Source of the DNA: Eledone cirrhosa
Lineage: Eukaryota
Direction of reading: 5' to 3'
Length of the DNA: 64,000 nucleotides
Assembly (NCBI GenBank): GCA_964016885.1
Contig: OZ024746.1
Location: 88,660,001 to 88,724,000, forward strand
Below, in pieces: positions 1 through 15,813 of the stretch. The notes beneath the pieces were generated by a model. That model worked only from the letters and a program-made list of their open reading frames with translations, was not told where the DNA came from and ran no database searches. The translations under genes were made by a program, and so were the position numbers. Every line of letters starts with the position of its first letter. Positions within the stretch are counted from its first letter, which is position 1.

Positions 1-64
1 TTGTCCAGGCATTCAGTTTTTCCACGATTAGGTCTGTTGGCGGCCCGCATTCCAAAATACATTA

Positions 65-92
65 TCCCGTGCAACGCCTGGTACCACTGCTA
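65..92 (+). mobile_element. Possible degenerate Helitron 3' terminus
   Basis: CCCGTGCAACGCCTGGTACCACTGCTAAT resembles the common Helitron 3' end (CCCGTGCAACGC..GGG hairpin followed by CTAG|T), but the hairpin and the terminal CTAG are imperfect. Confidence 0.3.
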
Positions 93-1808
93 ATTTATTA
101 TATATTTATTTCAATTTATTATATATTCAAAAATATTTTAGTTTTATCTTGACATTGTTTAATATTTTCCTACATTCACTAAGATAAGTTTCATGTTGTT
201 GATTATATATATCGTATATTCCAACGTACAAGTCGATCCATCTCATAGATCGACTCTTAAAATTATGAGGTGTAATTCAGGTTTAGGCATATATCGACAA
301 GATAAAACGACCCCCAAATCTTATGCAGTACCATCTCCACATACCTAGCTGCGATTGCCATTCTTTGTTTGCATAAAATATAAAACATGGAAATAAATAC
401 TACATAGATATAATATAAAATATTATTATAATCTCTAAGTTAAATAGACTTAACAAATATGAGATTCAATAGGAAGTAATTGTGTTGGGCTGCTAGAGTT
501 ATGGTAGGTGGTGTATATGTATTGTTAGGCAGGCAGTTTCACTGTATGTCCCTCACTGAAAAAGATTCACATTTTATATTCGGTGGACACGTCGACCTTG
601 GTTTTGGAGAGAGATTATTAGGCTCCATACGCTGGCATATATGGCACTTTACGAAATTGAGTTCGGAAAAAGAGAATAATGAAATCAAAAAAGATTTTTT
701 TTTTAAATCATTGTGACAAATGACTTTTATGTGATCGCCATTTTGGATCAACAAGTGTCTATATAAGAACGGACACACTGATTGATCAACGAAATAACAT
801 GTTTGAAAGGGAACAATGAAATTGCATTTTTACTGTAATGTTATTTCGACACGAGAAATGTTTGAGCAGAAATAATGGATTTATTTTTTTCTGAGTAAGT
901 TTTAGAATGTGCGTGTATATATTTCCCCCATGCTTTATAGTGACAAATTCAAATAAAAAAAAAACATGCCTAAAGCCGAGCGTGCTCTTATATATATTAC
1001 TTAGAATGTTTTGCTGACATCCCAGCTGACTTAATTTGATGATCCATTACTCGTAAGAAAGTGAAATGAATGAAAGTTTCTCATTATCTTTGAGGTATTC
1101 GTGAATATTTCTTTCTTTATTGCACACAATTATTTTGACGCATGCATATATTTCTTTAGAATGACAGAGAAGTTTTGAAATAGATCAATACGTAGTAATG
1201 AAATTATAACGAGAAACATTGGTTTCTGCAGACATCTGTCATGTTTTCTTTAAAATGAATTGGAATTTGTTTTCGATCAGTGATTATAAGCAAGCATGCA
1301 ATCATGTATGCATATATTTACACATATACACGCAAATATATATTTATATTTGCATCAACAGATTCAGAATTTAGAAGTTATTTTATTGCACTAGTCTATG
1401 ATACACTAATGGAATACATTGTTGATTCGATCAGAATTTTATATAAACGTTCAAATGACCTATGATTGTATCACCCCATAAATTACGTATATCATTCGGA
1501 AACCTAGGTTTATGCAATGAACAAATATATGTGTTAATAATATTTATTTTGTTTCTTGTAGTTTCGTAAGTTTTCGCAAGTTTTTAACCGGAAACATATA
1601 CTAATACACATATACGCTTATTCACGCACTTGTGTGTGTGTGTGTGTGCGCGCGCGTGGGTGTGTGTGTATCCTGCAATGTAAAAGATACCGCATTTTGA
1701 AAACTATTTTGAAAACATTACTCAGATTCAAATCGTTATTTTCCCTTCTTTTCATTACATCAGTTATCGTTGTTAAAATACTTTTGTCGATATATTTACA
1801 AGTGTCAT

Positions 1809-1884
<76 letters not shown>

Positions 1885-1984
1885 CAGAGTCCAAAAAATC
1901 ATTAGATAAAATATATACAGTATTTCCTCCCCCAATAATTGTCTAATTTATATATATATTCCCTTCAAAAAGTATATCTATATA

Positions 1985-2290
<306 letters not shown>

Positions 2291-2339
2291 GTGTGTGCGT
2301 GTGTTTGTGTTCGTGGTTGTATGTTTGTGTGTTTCTGAC

Positions 2340-2790
2340 AAAAGCATATATGCATTGTTTACTAGTCACTGTTCCCAGTTTCTCAACCATGGTGTCCAAG
2401 CGGACAATATAGATAGAACGTTGCTCCGGGGGAAAACCAAATCTAGAGTAGCCTACTTCCTCCAGAATTGGGATGTGATCCAAGGATCAATAACACCGAA
2501 AGTCTCCACTGCCTTAGGATCGACCACGCGTTTTCCAGACAACGGCAAATTATTTGACAGTTTGAACTACTCAGGCTGACAAGCTGTATAACCTTGGCTG
2601 GTAGCCAAACTCACCAGCTGCTTACCAATGGGAATAGTTTAATGTCATCTGACATTTCACTTCCCCGTTGGTCCAGCTCTGCTGACTCGAGCATGTAAGG
2701 GACTCCAGCGGCATTCATACCATGCTTTATGATCTTCATGATCATCTTGTTGTCGGATACGGCCAGAGCCCTAACGGCACTATGAGGAAG
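2340..2790 (-). mobile_element. Decayed CRE-clade non-LTR retrotransposon, 3' end (restriction-like endonuclease region)
   Basis: Minus-strand translation gives KIIKHGMNAAGVPYMLES..., [10 protein letters not shown] and ILEEVG. These match the CRE pattern (IIKRAL..AGVP..LEP / AVET.G) and the copy at 54.2-54.8 kb. Confidence 0.55.
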
Positions 2791-3200
2791 TCAATATAAT
2801 TCACAGTAGATGTGTATGTTATATCCAAGGCCGGGAACGTTAGAATGAAATTCAATACATCGTACAAATAATGTTTATTACGCTCGAAAAAAAATTAAAG
2901 GAAATGTATAAATCCACATTTGTTATTAGAAGTAGATTTCAAAAAGATTTATATGTTGGAATAGGCCGCCGTTGTAACTAGAAATTTGGAAACTTGGCAG
3001 TTGAACATTTAGATGTACTGATGAAGGGTGATACCCAGAAACAATAATGTCTGCAGTCCTGTTCGCCTGCCAACATAAGAACAATAATGAAGTGTTCATT
3101 CTACTGATATGGCTATATTGCAAACCAATCGAATGTTATTACAAACAATCGAAAAACGCAGATTACATTTATTGTATTCAGCCATGTAGAGCGAAATTTT

Positions 3201-3237
<37 letters not shown>

Positions 3238-3439
3238 GTGTGTGTGAAAATGTGTTAATTGGAAAGGGTAAAACACTCGCCATAACTAACATGCGTGATT
3301 ATCGATCCACAAATATTCCGAAATCTAATGATGGGTTTTGCCTGTTATCCTGTGAACTTCTGTGCGACTGTCTGATTTCCTATTGAGTTTTCTATTCTTA
3401 TGTTTGTTTTAACCTGTTAACGCATGTTTTGTATGTGTT

Positions 3440-4010
3440 TATACGTGTGTGCGTATATATGTATATATATATATATAAAAGTATGTATAGGTACATACAT
3501 ATATGTATACAGACGTACAGTAGTATGTATATATATATACATACGTGCACAGATATATATATGTACGTATGGATTCACGAAACATTTATTATAATGCTCG
3601 GTGTGTTTATAAACAAACATCCCGTATTAAGCCGCAGTGTCTAGCAACCAGCTGTTAATATTCATAAGGAAAGTATATACTTTCGGACGTTCAACAATCT
3701 GGCAGGAAGGTATACGTTGCTGACGATAGCTAACAAGCTCGCAACTAGTACAACGTTCCTTTGCCAGTGTTGAACAAACGAGCAACGGTGGTTGCTAGAC
3801 ACTGCGGCTTAATACGGGGTGTGTGTTTACAAACAGACCGAGCATTATAATAAATGTTTTGTGAATCCATACGTATATATATATATGTGTGCATATATGT
3901 ATATATATATACATACTACTGTACGTCTGTATACATATATGTATGTACGTATACATACTTATATTTAAGTAACAGCCGTACTAAGAGTGGGAAATGAGAT
4001 TTCGTTTCAT
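3440..4010 (+). mobile_element. Penelope-like pLTR/retrozyme-family copy with inverted arms and a central hammerhead
   Basis: ~3480-3650 is the reverse complement of ~3790-3960. Same family as 15600-15710 and the 57.4-58.5 kb tandem array. Confidence 0.65.
3714..3756 (+). ncRNA. Type I hammerhead ribozyme motif (one core substitution)
   Basis: ACGTTG-CTGACGA-tAGCT.aaca.AGCTc-GCAAC-TA-GTA-CAACGT. Stem I and stem II pair perfectly; stem III is minimal with palindromic CTAG; GAAA reads GCAA. Confidence 0.7.
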
Positions 4011-5132
4011 TTTTTTCGTTTATATATATATATTAGACTGGGAAATCTAGGCCTTTCTAATCTAATGTCACACATCATTATATGACTTTTTCATTTTGCC
4101 ATTTATCTGTGTCTAAGATTGGTAATTTGAACAATAATAGGATGAACATTAAAATGTGGAATTTTAATGCGAAGGCTGGACTACAAAAGTACATGTTTTA
4201 TATTAGGTAATTACTAATGGACGGTTTACTGTATTGAAAAACGGATATAATTATGGCATGTAATGAGCTCCGCTTTCCCGCATATAATCCGAAAACCATA
4301 CCTTTCCAACTGTACTTGCACGCTCAAAACTGTATGAACCATGGTATGAAAATCCACATAGACAGTGAGGAAATTCCTTGAATGATTTAGTGTTCAGTAT
4401 GTTTCAATATAACTATTCAAATATTCATGCGCGTACGCGTTTGCATCTTCTGCTTGTCTGTGTCATCTTAGGTGTGTATATTATATAATATAAAATCTAC
4501 ACTGTATACAGATATATGTATCAATATAACGACACACACACACACGCATGTAGGTGTGTGAGTCTATAAGTTAGTATGTATGGATTCGAATTTGTGCGCG
4601 TTATCGTTGGTTTTCTTGTATGTAGGAATGTCTGTTTCAAATATACGACAGATACAGCCAGTCTTGAAAATCTTTTGGAACCTGATATGAAATTATTATC
4701 GATTCATAATTTTATTGCAGAGGAAAATAATATATAATATGATTTCATAACTTAATTATATGACATTGTTTATCCACAAAATCTTTTTCATCAATAATTA
4801 TTAGAGAAAGAGCAGTCATTGACTGACTTCCATACTTGATTTTGTTCACGATTCTATACTTAATATAATAATATGGATGATCAGTACTGTACTGAGTGGA
4901 AACTGTCGACAACGATTATTGATTGTTTAAGATTTCAAATTCGATTTACATAAACTTTGCAACGATTTTACTTTAAAGTTCTGAAACATTATAAGTAATA
5001 TCTCTTAGCGATTATTTCAGCACATTTTCGCATTTTTTTATACACACATTTATTTACTGATGTACTGTATGCAAATAAGAGGAACATATATGTCAAGCAA
5101 TAACTCTCCTTCTGTATAATATTCTAACAATT

Positions 5133-5188
<56 letters not shown>

Positions 5189-5284
5189 CGTGCTCGTGTG
5201 TGTGTATGTGTGTATGAGTGTGTGACTGTATTACATTGAAATAGCAAAACAAATGACAGAGTATAATGAACAAATATATTAGAG

Positions 5285-5334
<50 letters not shown>

Positions 5335-5639
5335 CGAAGGAATTGTAGTAAGGAACCAGATGGACCATAACGCAGAAGACTTTCGTCAGAGGGTTCTTCT
5401 CACTCGGATAATATAACATTCCCGAGTTAAAATCAAGAACTGGCGCCATACAGAACTGTTCCCGGATGAAAGTGTATAATGATGAAACCATTTTGTCTAG
5501 TGCCGTGTGTAAAGATAGAAGGTAGGGGCGGAAAGATCAATGTATTGCCACTAGAAATAGCAGCAGTTAAAACGACCAAATGATTGATAATAAATGTGTC
5601 CCTATACGCATTTTGCATGTACGAAAACATACTTTATTA

Positions 5640-5721
5640 GTATATATATATATATATGTGTGTGTATGTGTGTATTTATTTATAAATTTATATATGTATA
5701 TGTGCATGTATGTGTGTATTT

Positions 5722-5777
<56 letters not shown>

Positions 5778-5778
5778 G

Positions 5779-5826
<48 letters not shown>

Positions 5827-5991
5827 GATATATAGATATAAATATATGCATGTGTATGTGTAAGTGTATGTATGTATGTGTATGTACGTGTATATATATA
5901 TATACGTGTGTGTATATGTGTGTATATGTATTGCATGTATGTATATGTATATATAAATATGTATGTATGCATGTATATATATGTATATATA

Positions 5992-6025
<34 letters not shown>

Positions 6026-6082
6026 GGAAGAGAGAGCAAAAAACAGAGAGGCAGTACAAATAATATGGCTTTTGGTTTGACG

Positions 6083-6125
<43 letters not shown>
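5640..6125. repeat. Compound (TA)n/(TG)n microsatellite
   Basis: Read directly; source of the poly-YI ORFs in the track. Confidence 0.95.
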
Positions 6126-6130
<5 letters not shown>

Positions 6131-6414
6131 ATATTAAATAAATGTAAACTATATTTATAAAACAATATTTATTTTATTATATATATTTCAAGGGTACCAA
6201 GACACATTGGTATGCTTTCATGAGATAAAATACAAGATGTGTTTATGAATAGAGACATACCCATGAAAATGATACCTTATCGGTTGGATATAACTGGATA
6301 GTTTCCGTTAATTTAATATCATTGAATATTTACTCCAGTAACTTGTTGAGTGCCCTAAATCAGTTATAAACATATAAATTTGTTGGACATCCAACAAATT
6401 TAATACCCCTTCTA

Positions 6415-7050
<636 letters not shown>

Positions 7051-7179
7051 TTTTACGTTTTTCATGTAATTGTTCTGCATCTCCTTGCATTGAACCACAA
7101 AGTTACTAAGACAAAACCTATATATGTGCTTGCATATGTATACATCTGTATATATATGTTGGTAGATATACTAATTCTT

Positions 7180-7210
<31 letters not shown>

Positions 7211-7760
7211 CTGTGTGTACGTGTGTATATATGTATGTATATGTGTACGTGTGTATGTAGCATTATGTATGTTTTTTTGTGTGTGTGCCTGCCTGTGTGT
7301 GCGTGCGTGTATGTGTGTGTACGTGTGTAAGTGGGCGCGTATGTGAATGTTATTGTCGACACATGGAATATATATTAAGAGACAGTTCACAATAAGGGGA
7401 TTCACCCCAACGCTTGAATCTGTTGATGGACCCCTTTCTGCCTTTGTCACCCTTATTTCAGCCTTAAAGACTTAGCTTCTAAAGAATGTTCCTTTTCCTT
7501 AAACCATTGAACCCCACCCATCCCTAAGACTTACAGGCATTGTTTGTCTAAGTGATAAACATGTATTGGTATTCCAAATTTGAATGTGTTTACAGTATTC
7601 TTTCTTCCTTTTTTAATATTATAGCTCTAAAGAATTAGCTTTTAATGAACTGCCTTTTCTTTAAATCCTTCAACCAAGGCCCTCCACCCATCCACATCTC
7701 GACCTTCTCCTACAACCAGACAGGAAAATATATAAATACCACCAATTACTTGGACAGCAT

Positions 7761-7809
7761 GCTTCCTGATGATTTCTCACGAATGAAACAGTTATAGTCC
7801 TGTAGAAGC
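7761..7809 (+). ncRNA. Type I hammerhead ribozyme, core intact
   Basis: GCTTC-CTGATGA-tTTC.tcac.GAAt-GAAAC-AG.ttatagtc.CT-GTA-GAAGC. All core nucleotides are present, stems I-III pair, and the cleavage triplet is GUA. Confidence 0.8.
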
Positions 7810-9117
7810 TCTTCTATATTAAAACTATATATATGAAATAATTCATTCTTACAAAATCAATTAATCATTTGTGTAAATGTTGCTTAATTTGTTTACTTAT
7901 TGTTATTGATACACCCCAAAGATCGCTGATGCATCGATTGTGACCACGATACTTCTCCCACAAGTCTTCGGTTGACAAAAGATCTTTCATCACACTTTGC
8001 TGTGAAAGGGGACCCTGGAATGCTGGAGTTCAACAGAAAAGAGGCTACTGTAATCAAGTATCTAATACTGTTCAAAAATTACCCATAATGAAATATAATG
8101 CCTGACAATTGAATAGAACTACCTTAACCTGCTTTCTTTTATTGGTTTTCTAAAAGCTATTGCGAACAGATCTCACAAAGTTTCATCCAAACATTCTCTT
8201 ATAGCGTCAAATGAAATAGTGTCGTGTTTGAATAAAACATTAATTCATGCAATCTACAGAGAGGTCATTTAGGTTCTTGTTTTTCTTCAATTACTGAAGA
8301 AAATTACTCATGAACATTTCAATCATGCGACAGGAATATTAATATCGATTAACAAATATATTCATTTAAACATTGAATGATACTACATACGCTATTATTA
8401 CACTTTTTATTCAACCTTACCGAGAATTTTGAAATATCTAATTCAAGCTGAATATTTATAAAGAGATTTCATTTACACCAAATCTCCAAGTGATTCTTTC
8501 CCAGTTCGTTTTAAGATTGGAAATAAAGCAATTACAGTAAAAATGTTTGAATGCTCTTGCAATGAACCTATTCAATACTATTAATGATTGTATAAATAAG
8601 GTGAACATTAACAAAACCAACTCACTTTCAAAATGAGCTTATATTCAAATTATATGAGATCAAGCTACAAATGTATGTGAAAAACTGGTGGAAATACTCG
8701 AGTAGAATTATGCATTATATTCTGAACAAAATATTGCATTGAATATCGTTGCTAGATATGTGAAGCAGGAAATAGTCTCTAAAATATGAACAGATATTAA
8801 AGAACGGTTGCAATGGTACATATATATATAATATACACTACATATTTATCTTCAAAGATATTCAAATATTTGCTAGATCGAACGATGCTGTATGCTTAGA
8901 AGAATGGCAAATATTTAAAACTTATAAACATATAGTTGAAGATATAAAAATATTCTTTCTCAGTTTCTCACACGCAATTTTTCACATCGTAAAAGTATAT
9001 TCATAAACACAACATCAATGCATATACACTTATGTATTGATGAATTGTTTACGTCGTGATATGTTTAAATTGTAAAACTTTCGTATAAGTAATGAGTGCA
9101 TGAAAGCTAAATATATA

Positions 9118-10165
9118 TGAGGTACCGTTTGTTTGGGATGAAATATATTGAGAGTTGATGGATGGCATTAAACGTGGGTGTCACGTTTTCTGCACTCAAA
9201 TATATCTGATAAACAGATTGCAGATCAACAAAAAATTTAACGCTGTCGGTTGTCCGATTAACATTTATTATTACTTAATTCGTTATGTCGAATACATAAG
9301 ATATCAGAACCAGTGAACAATTCCCCGCTGATATGTGGTCCCGTAGGGAAAAAATCACCTTCATTACATCCACAATCACGTTCATATATAACAATCACAA
9401 ATATTTATATCTTTATTTATCTTCCACCCCCACATGAATCAACACACATATGCAGCCAGCTGTTGGTCAGTAAAGTAAAAACAGGTTGCTCCAAATAATA
9501 TATAGTCGGTGTAACGTAGTAATCTGTTGATACAATTTCAAAAACGATGTTTAATTCTATTCAATTATTTATTCAGTATTATGGCTGCTGGGTTTCAAAC
9601 ATGTTTCAAAGATTATAAGTTTTAGCGGGAGCAAAATCCCAATGAAACTGTTTTATAGTTACATTTTCCCGCCCGTATATTCCTATCATAATTATTTTCC
9701 AGAATTTATATACAAGAGCACATTGGGCTAATGGTCAATAACTGTCTAATGCCAATATTGTCAGCGTGTAGTAGACAGAAATATCAACGCTCGCAAAAAG
9801 GAATACTGATAATAGAGAGGCAACGTTAATACCAATATAATCTATATTTTCTCTAATACTGCGTATATTTATTGAATAATGTAACTGATAAAGAAAATGC
9901 ACAGAACTACGTAAATATTATATACACAAAATGTGACAAGTATACAGATGTTCAAAACATGTTAATTTAAAAATGATGCTCCACTGTATGCTGTTATCCA
10001 AATATTGAAGCCAAGCAAATTCAAACGCATTGTAAATCTTACTATAGAAGAAATAATATATTGTATTATATTTCTACTTATAAAAAATCTATATGACATA
10101 AGAAATAAATTTACTTCAGATAATGAAATAAATTGTATTACATGATAAAACGAGTTTGAAGACAA
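9118..10165 (-). pseudogene. Highly decayed class A (rhodopsin-like) GPCR pseudogene
   Basis: Collinear minus-strand motifs: TM1-like NLLGFNIWI (~10020-9995), TM2-like TSVYLSH, TM3 SVYYTLTILALDSY (DRY-like, ~9780-9738), TM4-like VSLGFCSP, TM5-like YYLEQPVF, TM6-like *FFPY, and TM7/H8 NAI(I)N.xIYFIPNKRY (~9172-9120). Many stops and frameshifts. Confidence 0.45.
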
Positions 10166-12473
10166 TACACAAAATCCATCAGGATTAAAACGAATTATGC
10201 CGTTGATATGAATATATAGAGCAAATCATTTCCTTAGTTTCTGTACTAAACTAGCGATTTGATTTGATATGCACACTATTTTAGCTAAAATGCTTCCCGA
10301 GACCGTGAGGAATTCACAAGGAACAACGAGCACCGTTATAAATGTTTCACATTAATTTAATTATTTTTAAATTCTATAGTAAATCTTTTGTTCTTGTATC
10401 CTCTGTTGTCAGGTGAGATATTTTTACCTTTTTAAATCCTAAAATATTATAGAAAATGGATGATTATGAAAAATATATTTGTGACCTATATTGATACGAT
10501 GTCTTTCTTCGAAAATTAATTATTCATTAGAACAAGTCAAATAATAGTTGTGAGAATTATCCGAGTAACTATGATGAGAACCGAAATACACGTTAGCTGT
10601 GGCCAATGTAATACAAGGACGTTAAACCACAAAATTAGAGAATAGTTTATTTAACGACGCAATGAAATAGCCACTATAGGCTAGGCATATTTATAATAAT
10701 AATATATTCAAAAGAACACACAGAGATACGGACAGATGTTAAAAATACATTAGATTTTAATGAAAAATGTAAAAACCAAATCTCTATTCATAGCTTAAAA
10801 TAATATTAATTAAAATGAATCGCAAATTAAACTATTCAGTTAAAAGGAGTTCATTGTATAAAACTATTCCCCGTTAATTGAGAATACAATTAATTAGAGA
10901 ATATCGCATTTGATAGATTGCTTTGTATGCATCAGTTATAATGGCTGAAAATACATATTCAGTGGTTGCGTTGTTATTTCCATTTAACTGTTGCACATAT
11001 ATCTCGCATTTCGGCATGGAATAGTATAGAACATAAAAATGGTAACAGTGCTGCAATATCTGAGAGCATGCATTCCACACGTTGTATATCTAAAATGCCA
11101 GAATTATTCATCGATAGATACGCCAAGTCCACTAACATGCGCAGTATCAGAAAATAGATCAAATTCTGTGGCAGATCCACCTAAATCACGTACTTACCAC
11201 TTTACACTATTTAATTATAACTACATACATTTTAGTTAAATAAAAAGATTCACACACGAACACAGATGTACATAGGCGCAGAAATATAAATATATGTACA
11301 TACATACACACACACACACATACATACGCACACACACCCACACACGCACACACGCACATACATATACACATATATATATATAAGTTGTACGCACATGGTA
11401 TACAGCAGAGGCCACGTTTTGTCCCTCTCCGGCAAGCAGTTTTCCTCCTCGGAAAACCACTAGTTGATGGATGCGATATCCGAAATATAGGGACAATTGA
11501 ATCACTTCCAAGGTAACTTTATCTCGTATTAAGATTTTTACACTTTCCTTGCGTTCCTCTTCCCCCTCTACGTCTCATTCTACACTTCCTCTTACATCTC
11601 TCTCTCTCATATATTCACTGCTTTAAATAGTACAGAAAACAGTATCAAATAGATATAAGACAAGCTGGTTGGTCTTTCGACTATCTACAAATAGTGCTGC
11701 AACTGAAAATTGATAATCAAGAGAACTTCTATGACCACAATTGGGAGTAAACATAGAAGCTTGCAAACATCAATAAAAATGTTTTTTTCTTGGGGGGACA
11801 TTAGTTATTAATAGCATAGCACAAGGAGAAGAAAGAGAAAGAGAGTACGGGGGAGAGAGACACAGGCTAAATGACAAAATAAATTGGGGTGGACAAAGAA
11901 CACATTTGTGTGTAAACATATGATACATCAATTTGAAACAGCGTTCCCCGTGGCTGAAATTGTGAAGATGAACAAGAAAAGGGGGCACAGACAACAGAAA
12001 CACGGTCGGAACATTTAACACTCCACTTAAATCCTTTGACTGCTGCGGGTGGGTTGTTTCAGAGATTTAAGATCGACACACCTGGCTCCTGTACACATGG
12101 GACAGAAACAAAAAGAGACAAAATAATTGGATATGCCTCTCGACGACTATTTACAAATGAGATAGAATTTTGTATAAACGAATGTGCTGGAACAGGGAAG
12201 AAGAGATAGGAACTAAGCCTTACATATTAGACAAGAAGAGAAAGTATGCACAGGCGATGTGAAATGGGAAGTACGTATCATGATTATTACATAATTTATG
12301 ATCTCATGAAACCAACCCTTCGTGTTGTGTTATGCTTGTATGCATGTCTACCCATATCGTGCAATATCGAAACTGATAAAATGCACATGACGCCGAGTTC
12401 TCTTTTCTTAGTACACTATAAACTTCCTAACAAAGCCTTCTGCCACCAATTAGGAAACACAACACACATATAT

Positions 12474-12849
12474 GTATAGGTAGAGTAAAAAACCCCAACT
12501 CTGACACATTTACATAGGAGCCACATCAACGAGCTTCAAAGAACGATGGTATAACCATCGCCATTCCTTTAATTGGGAGGACAAAAGGAAAACTACGGCT
12601 CTTTCTGAACTGATCTTGAAGCTCAAGTTGGATAGGACCCCGTACTCTCTGGCCTGGTCCCAAATCAGGAAAGTACCACCTGATAGAGGGAGATCTGGCA
12701 TCTGCAAACTATGTCTGAGTGAGACCCTCGAGATACTCAGCGGTGGAAGCAGCCTAATAAATCTCAGGACAGACTTCTTCGGTACATGTAGATACCTCAG
12801 GGCCGGGAACCTCATGAAGCTAATTGACAATAACAACACGTTGGGATAG
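12474..12849 (+). mobile_element. Penelope-like (Naiad-type) GIY-YIG endonuclease fragment
   Basis: From 12511: YIGATSTSFKERWYNHRHSF...TTALSELI...W...CKLCLSE...LINLRTDFFGTC, the PLE GIY-YIG C-terminal signature. Confidence 0.85.
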
Positions 12850-13035
12850 AAACTTCCCTCAATATATATGGACAGTAGCCCCGCCATACCGAGCCCAAGG
12901 TAACGCCCCCCCCCCTACACACGCACCACCCCTACTCCTGTCTCGATCGACTTCTATGGCAACACATACTTATACATATGTCCATACATAGATACTGTTG
13001 TTTAAAATTATACATACATAGATACTTGCATATAT

Positions 13036-13113
<78 letters not shown>

Positions 13114-13890
13114 ATATGTGTGTCTATGTGTGTGTGTATATATGTGGGTGTATATATATATACATATGGGATGCACCTGAGACTGTGTTTGTGCGTGTGT
13201 GCTTGCAACGATGTGCGTTGACATACACGCATATATAATTTATGCCGAAACAGGAACTGTAGTCCTTTGCATTTCAGGATTTTGACACTCATGCTTTGCT
13301 ATTTTACACCCCAGTTTCGTATCATATGCTCTTAAAATGCACCACTCGATGATAGTTTAAGAATTGTAATTCTTTACACTTCTCGATTCTGACACACAGG
13401 TTTTCTGCTTCAGTCAATACATTCCAAATCTTTCAAATATTGATATTGGTTATAACACACAAGCATTTTATTATTTTTTGTTTGTTTGGCAACCCCCGCC
13501 ACGTGAAATGATGCAGGATAGATACCAACCCCCACACACAAATTCTCCTGAACATAGCAGCAGCAAGCCAAAGGTGACTTGCCAGCTGACCCCTTAACAC
13601 CACTAGCTCTACCAACACATGGAAGAGGTCAGCTGTACTTAAACAAAAACAACTACAACAGATTGTCTTGCCTCAGATAAATTTCTATAGATTTTGACTG
13701 AGGAATGTTCTCATACCTGACCAATGGGATGAGAGAGTGTCATATGACGCCAGAGTTCATTTGTTCTAATTCATATGATACCAGTTCCTCAGAGAAATAA
13801 AAACGCAACCAGGACCTGGACATATCGGAGTATTGGCGGAGTAAAACACACTTAAACAACATATGTACCTGTCTCTAATACAACAGTTCA

Positions 13891-13939
13891 GACTTCCTGA
13901 AGACATCATGATGGCTGTCACCGAAATATATATAGCAGT
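13891..13939 (+). ncRNA. Degenerate hammerhead motif (PLE pLTR type)
   Basis: ACTTC-CTGAAGA-...-GAAAT-ATAT-ATA-GCAGT. Stem I has a mismatch and stem II is imperfect. Confidence 0.45.
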
Positions 13940-14146
13940 ATATCTATAATTTATAATAAACGAAGCTAAATGTTAACTAGTTAACTTAATTATTTTACAT
14001 TACTCCGGAGTAACCAAACCAACCTGCGTACCTCGTCGAGTGCTCCACGCTGCACACTGAGGTGACGGTAAAAAATCAACATATACTCAAAATGCATATA
14101 TGCAAATGAAACCAAAGAACGCTTACATACTCAAACAGTCTTTATT

Positions 14147-14194
14147 CACTAACAACGTTTCATCCTCATCTTTAGGCAGGAATCATCAGAGCTC
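14147..14194 (-). ncRNA. Degenerate hammerhead motif in a PLE fold-back remnant
   Basis: Minus strand CTGATGA-tTCCT...AGGAt-GAAAC-GTT-GTT with a weak stem I. An adjacent inverted repeat pairs ~14203-14227 with ~14506-14530. Confidence 0.45.
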
Positions 14195-14528
14195 AACAAA
14201 TACCATGTTGAGTATAAGATCCACAATAATTTAGTCACATGAACAATCAGAAAACATAATAGGGGGGATTGGAGATAGCTTACAAAGAGGTTCATGCTGG
14301 GGTTACTAAGCATCAGTGCAAACTACCAAGGTACAATTGGATTCAACAAGATGAAGACACAGTAGATGGCACTCAAAAATGTAGAATGTAAAATGAAAAC
14401 GTGTGAAAGCATTAACAAGTACATAATACATACATAAAATTGTATAAAAATACATAAGAAATATATAAAAAATACATAAAAATATATAAAAATTACATAA
14501 AGATGATTGTGGAGCTTTTACTCAACAT

Positions 14529-14820
14529 GGGAATACGGAGGATGATGTGGTTGAGAGGAAAAGCAAAGCCTGGGCGGCCACAGCTTGAGATCGGTGTGGA
14601 AGTCGGACCTTCGTAAAGAACTGAAAATCCGCCTCTTCATTGCTGTAGTGGAGTCTGTGCTCTGTACGGGTTTGAGACTTGGACACTGTCCAAGAAACTC
14701 ACTCAGATGGTGGATGGGTGCTACACGAGAATGCTGAGGATGGCTCTGAACATTAATCAGTATACACTGAGGAGGAAAAACTCAGAGCCGTATCGGAGCC
14801 TCCCAAAAGTCAGCTCAAAA

Positions 14821-14824
<4 letters not shown>
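14529..14824 (+). mobile_element. RTE-clade LINE internal fragment
   Basis: GNTEDDVVERKSKAWA...LKIRLFIAVVESVL.YG.ETWTL...DGCYTRMLRMALN; near-identical to the copy at 59.6-60.2 kb. Confidence 0.85.
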
Positions 14825-14870
<46 letters not shown>

Positions 14871-15399
14871 TTAGACAATTTGGTTGATTGGTTAATTATT
14901 TGTGTTTGTTTAATAACATCTGGTTGAGATCTTATTCGGAATGTTTATTAGCGGAACTTATTAATATTTCCTTTGTTAACACTTTGAATTGGAAATAACA
15001 CCTGACAACGAAATGTTCGAAGGCTACCTTCTGTAGTTTGTTCACACCAGTTTGAGGCAGAACAAAATCCCTGTTCATAAAATGAATCTTCTGTTCGATC
15101 ATGGAATGCTACAAGCTTGCGTGTTACGTAAGTTGGATAAATAATTTAGCATTCATAGAAACACTCCGGACGTATATCGTCCGGTTTGTCCATGTCTGTT
15201 TATTAACCTGTTAGTTCTTTCGTTACTTTGGTATTGTGTGGTTAGGTTTTGCCTACAGCAATGTTCAATGAGTCAAGCTATTTAAACGTATGTTATTACA
15301 CTAAGGACCTGCTGTTATTGAGTGTTTTGCTAACTTATTCCTATTGTAGGACGAATTTGCTTGGCCACAGCCAAAGCTTCGAATTTACTAAGCTTCCAC

Positions 15400-15813
<414 letters not shown>

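Noticed and set aside
10270-10350. Alternative GPCR TM1-like segment (LTVSGSILAKIV, minus)
   Set aside because: Too far from the DRY-like motif for an intronless receptor; the ~10000 segment fits the spacing better.
10874-11239. Cluster of short overlapping ORFs as a possible host exon
   Set aside because: No recognisable domain or convincing splice-site pair.
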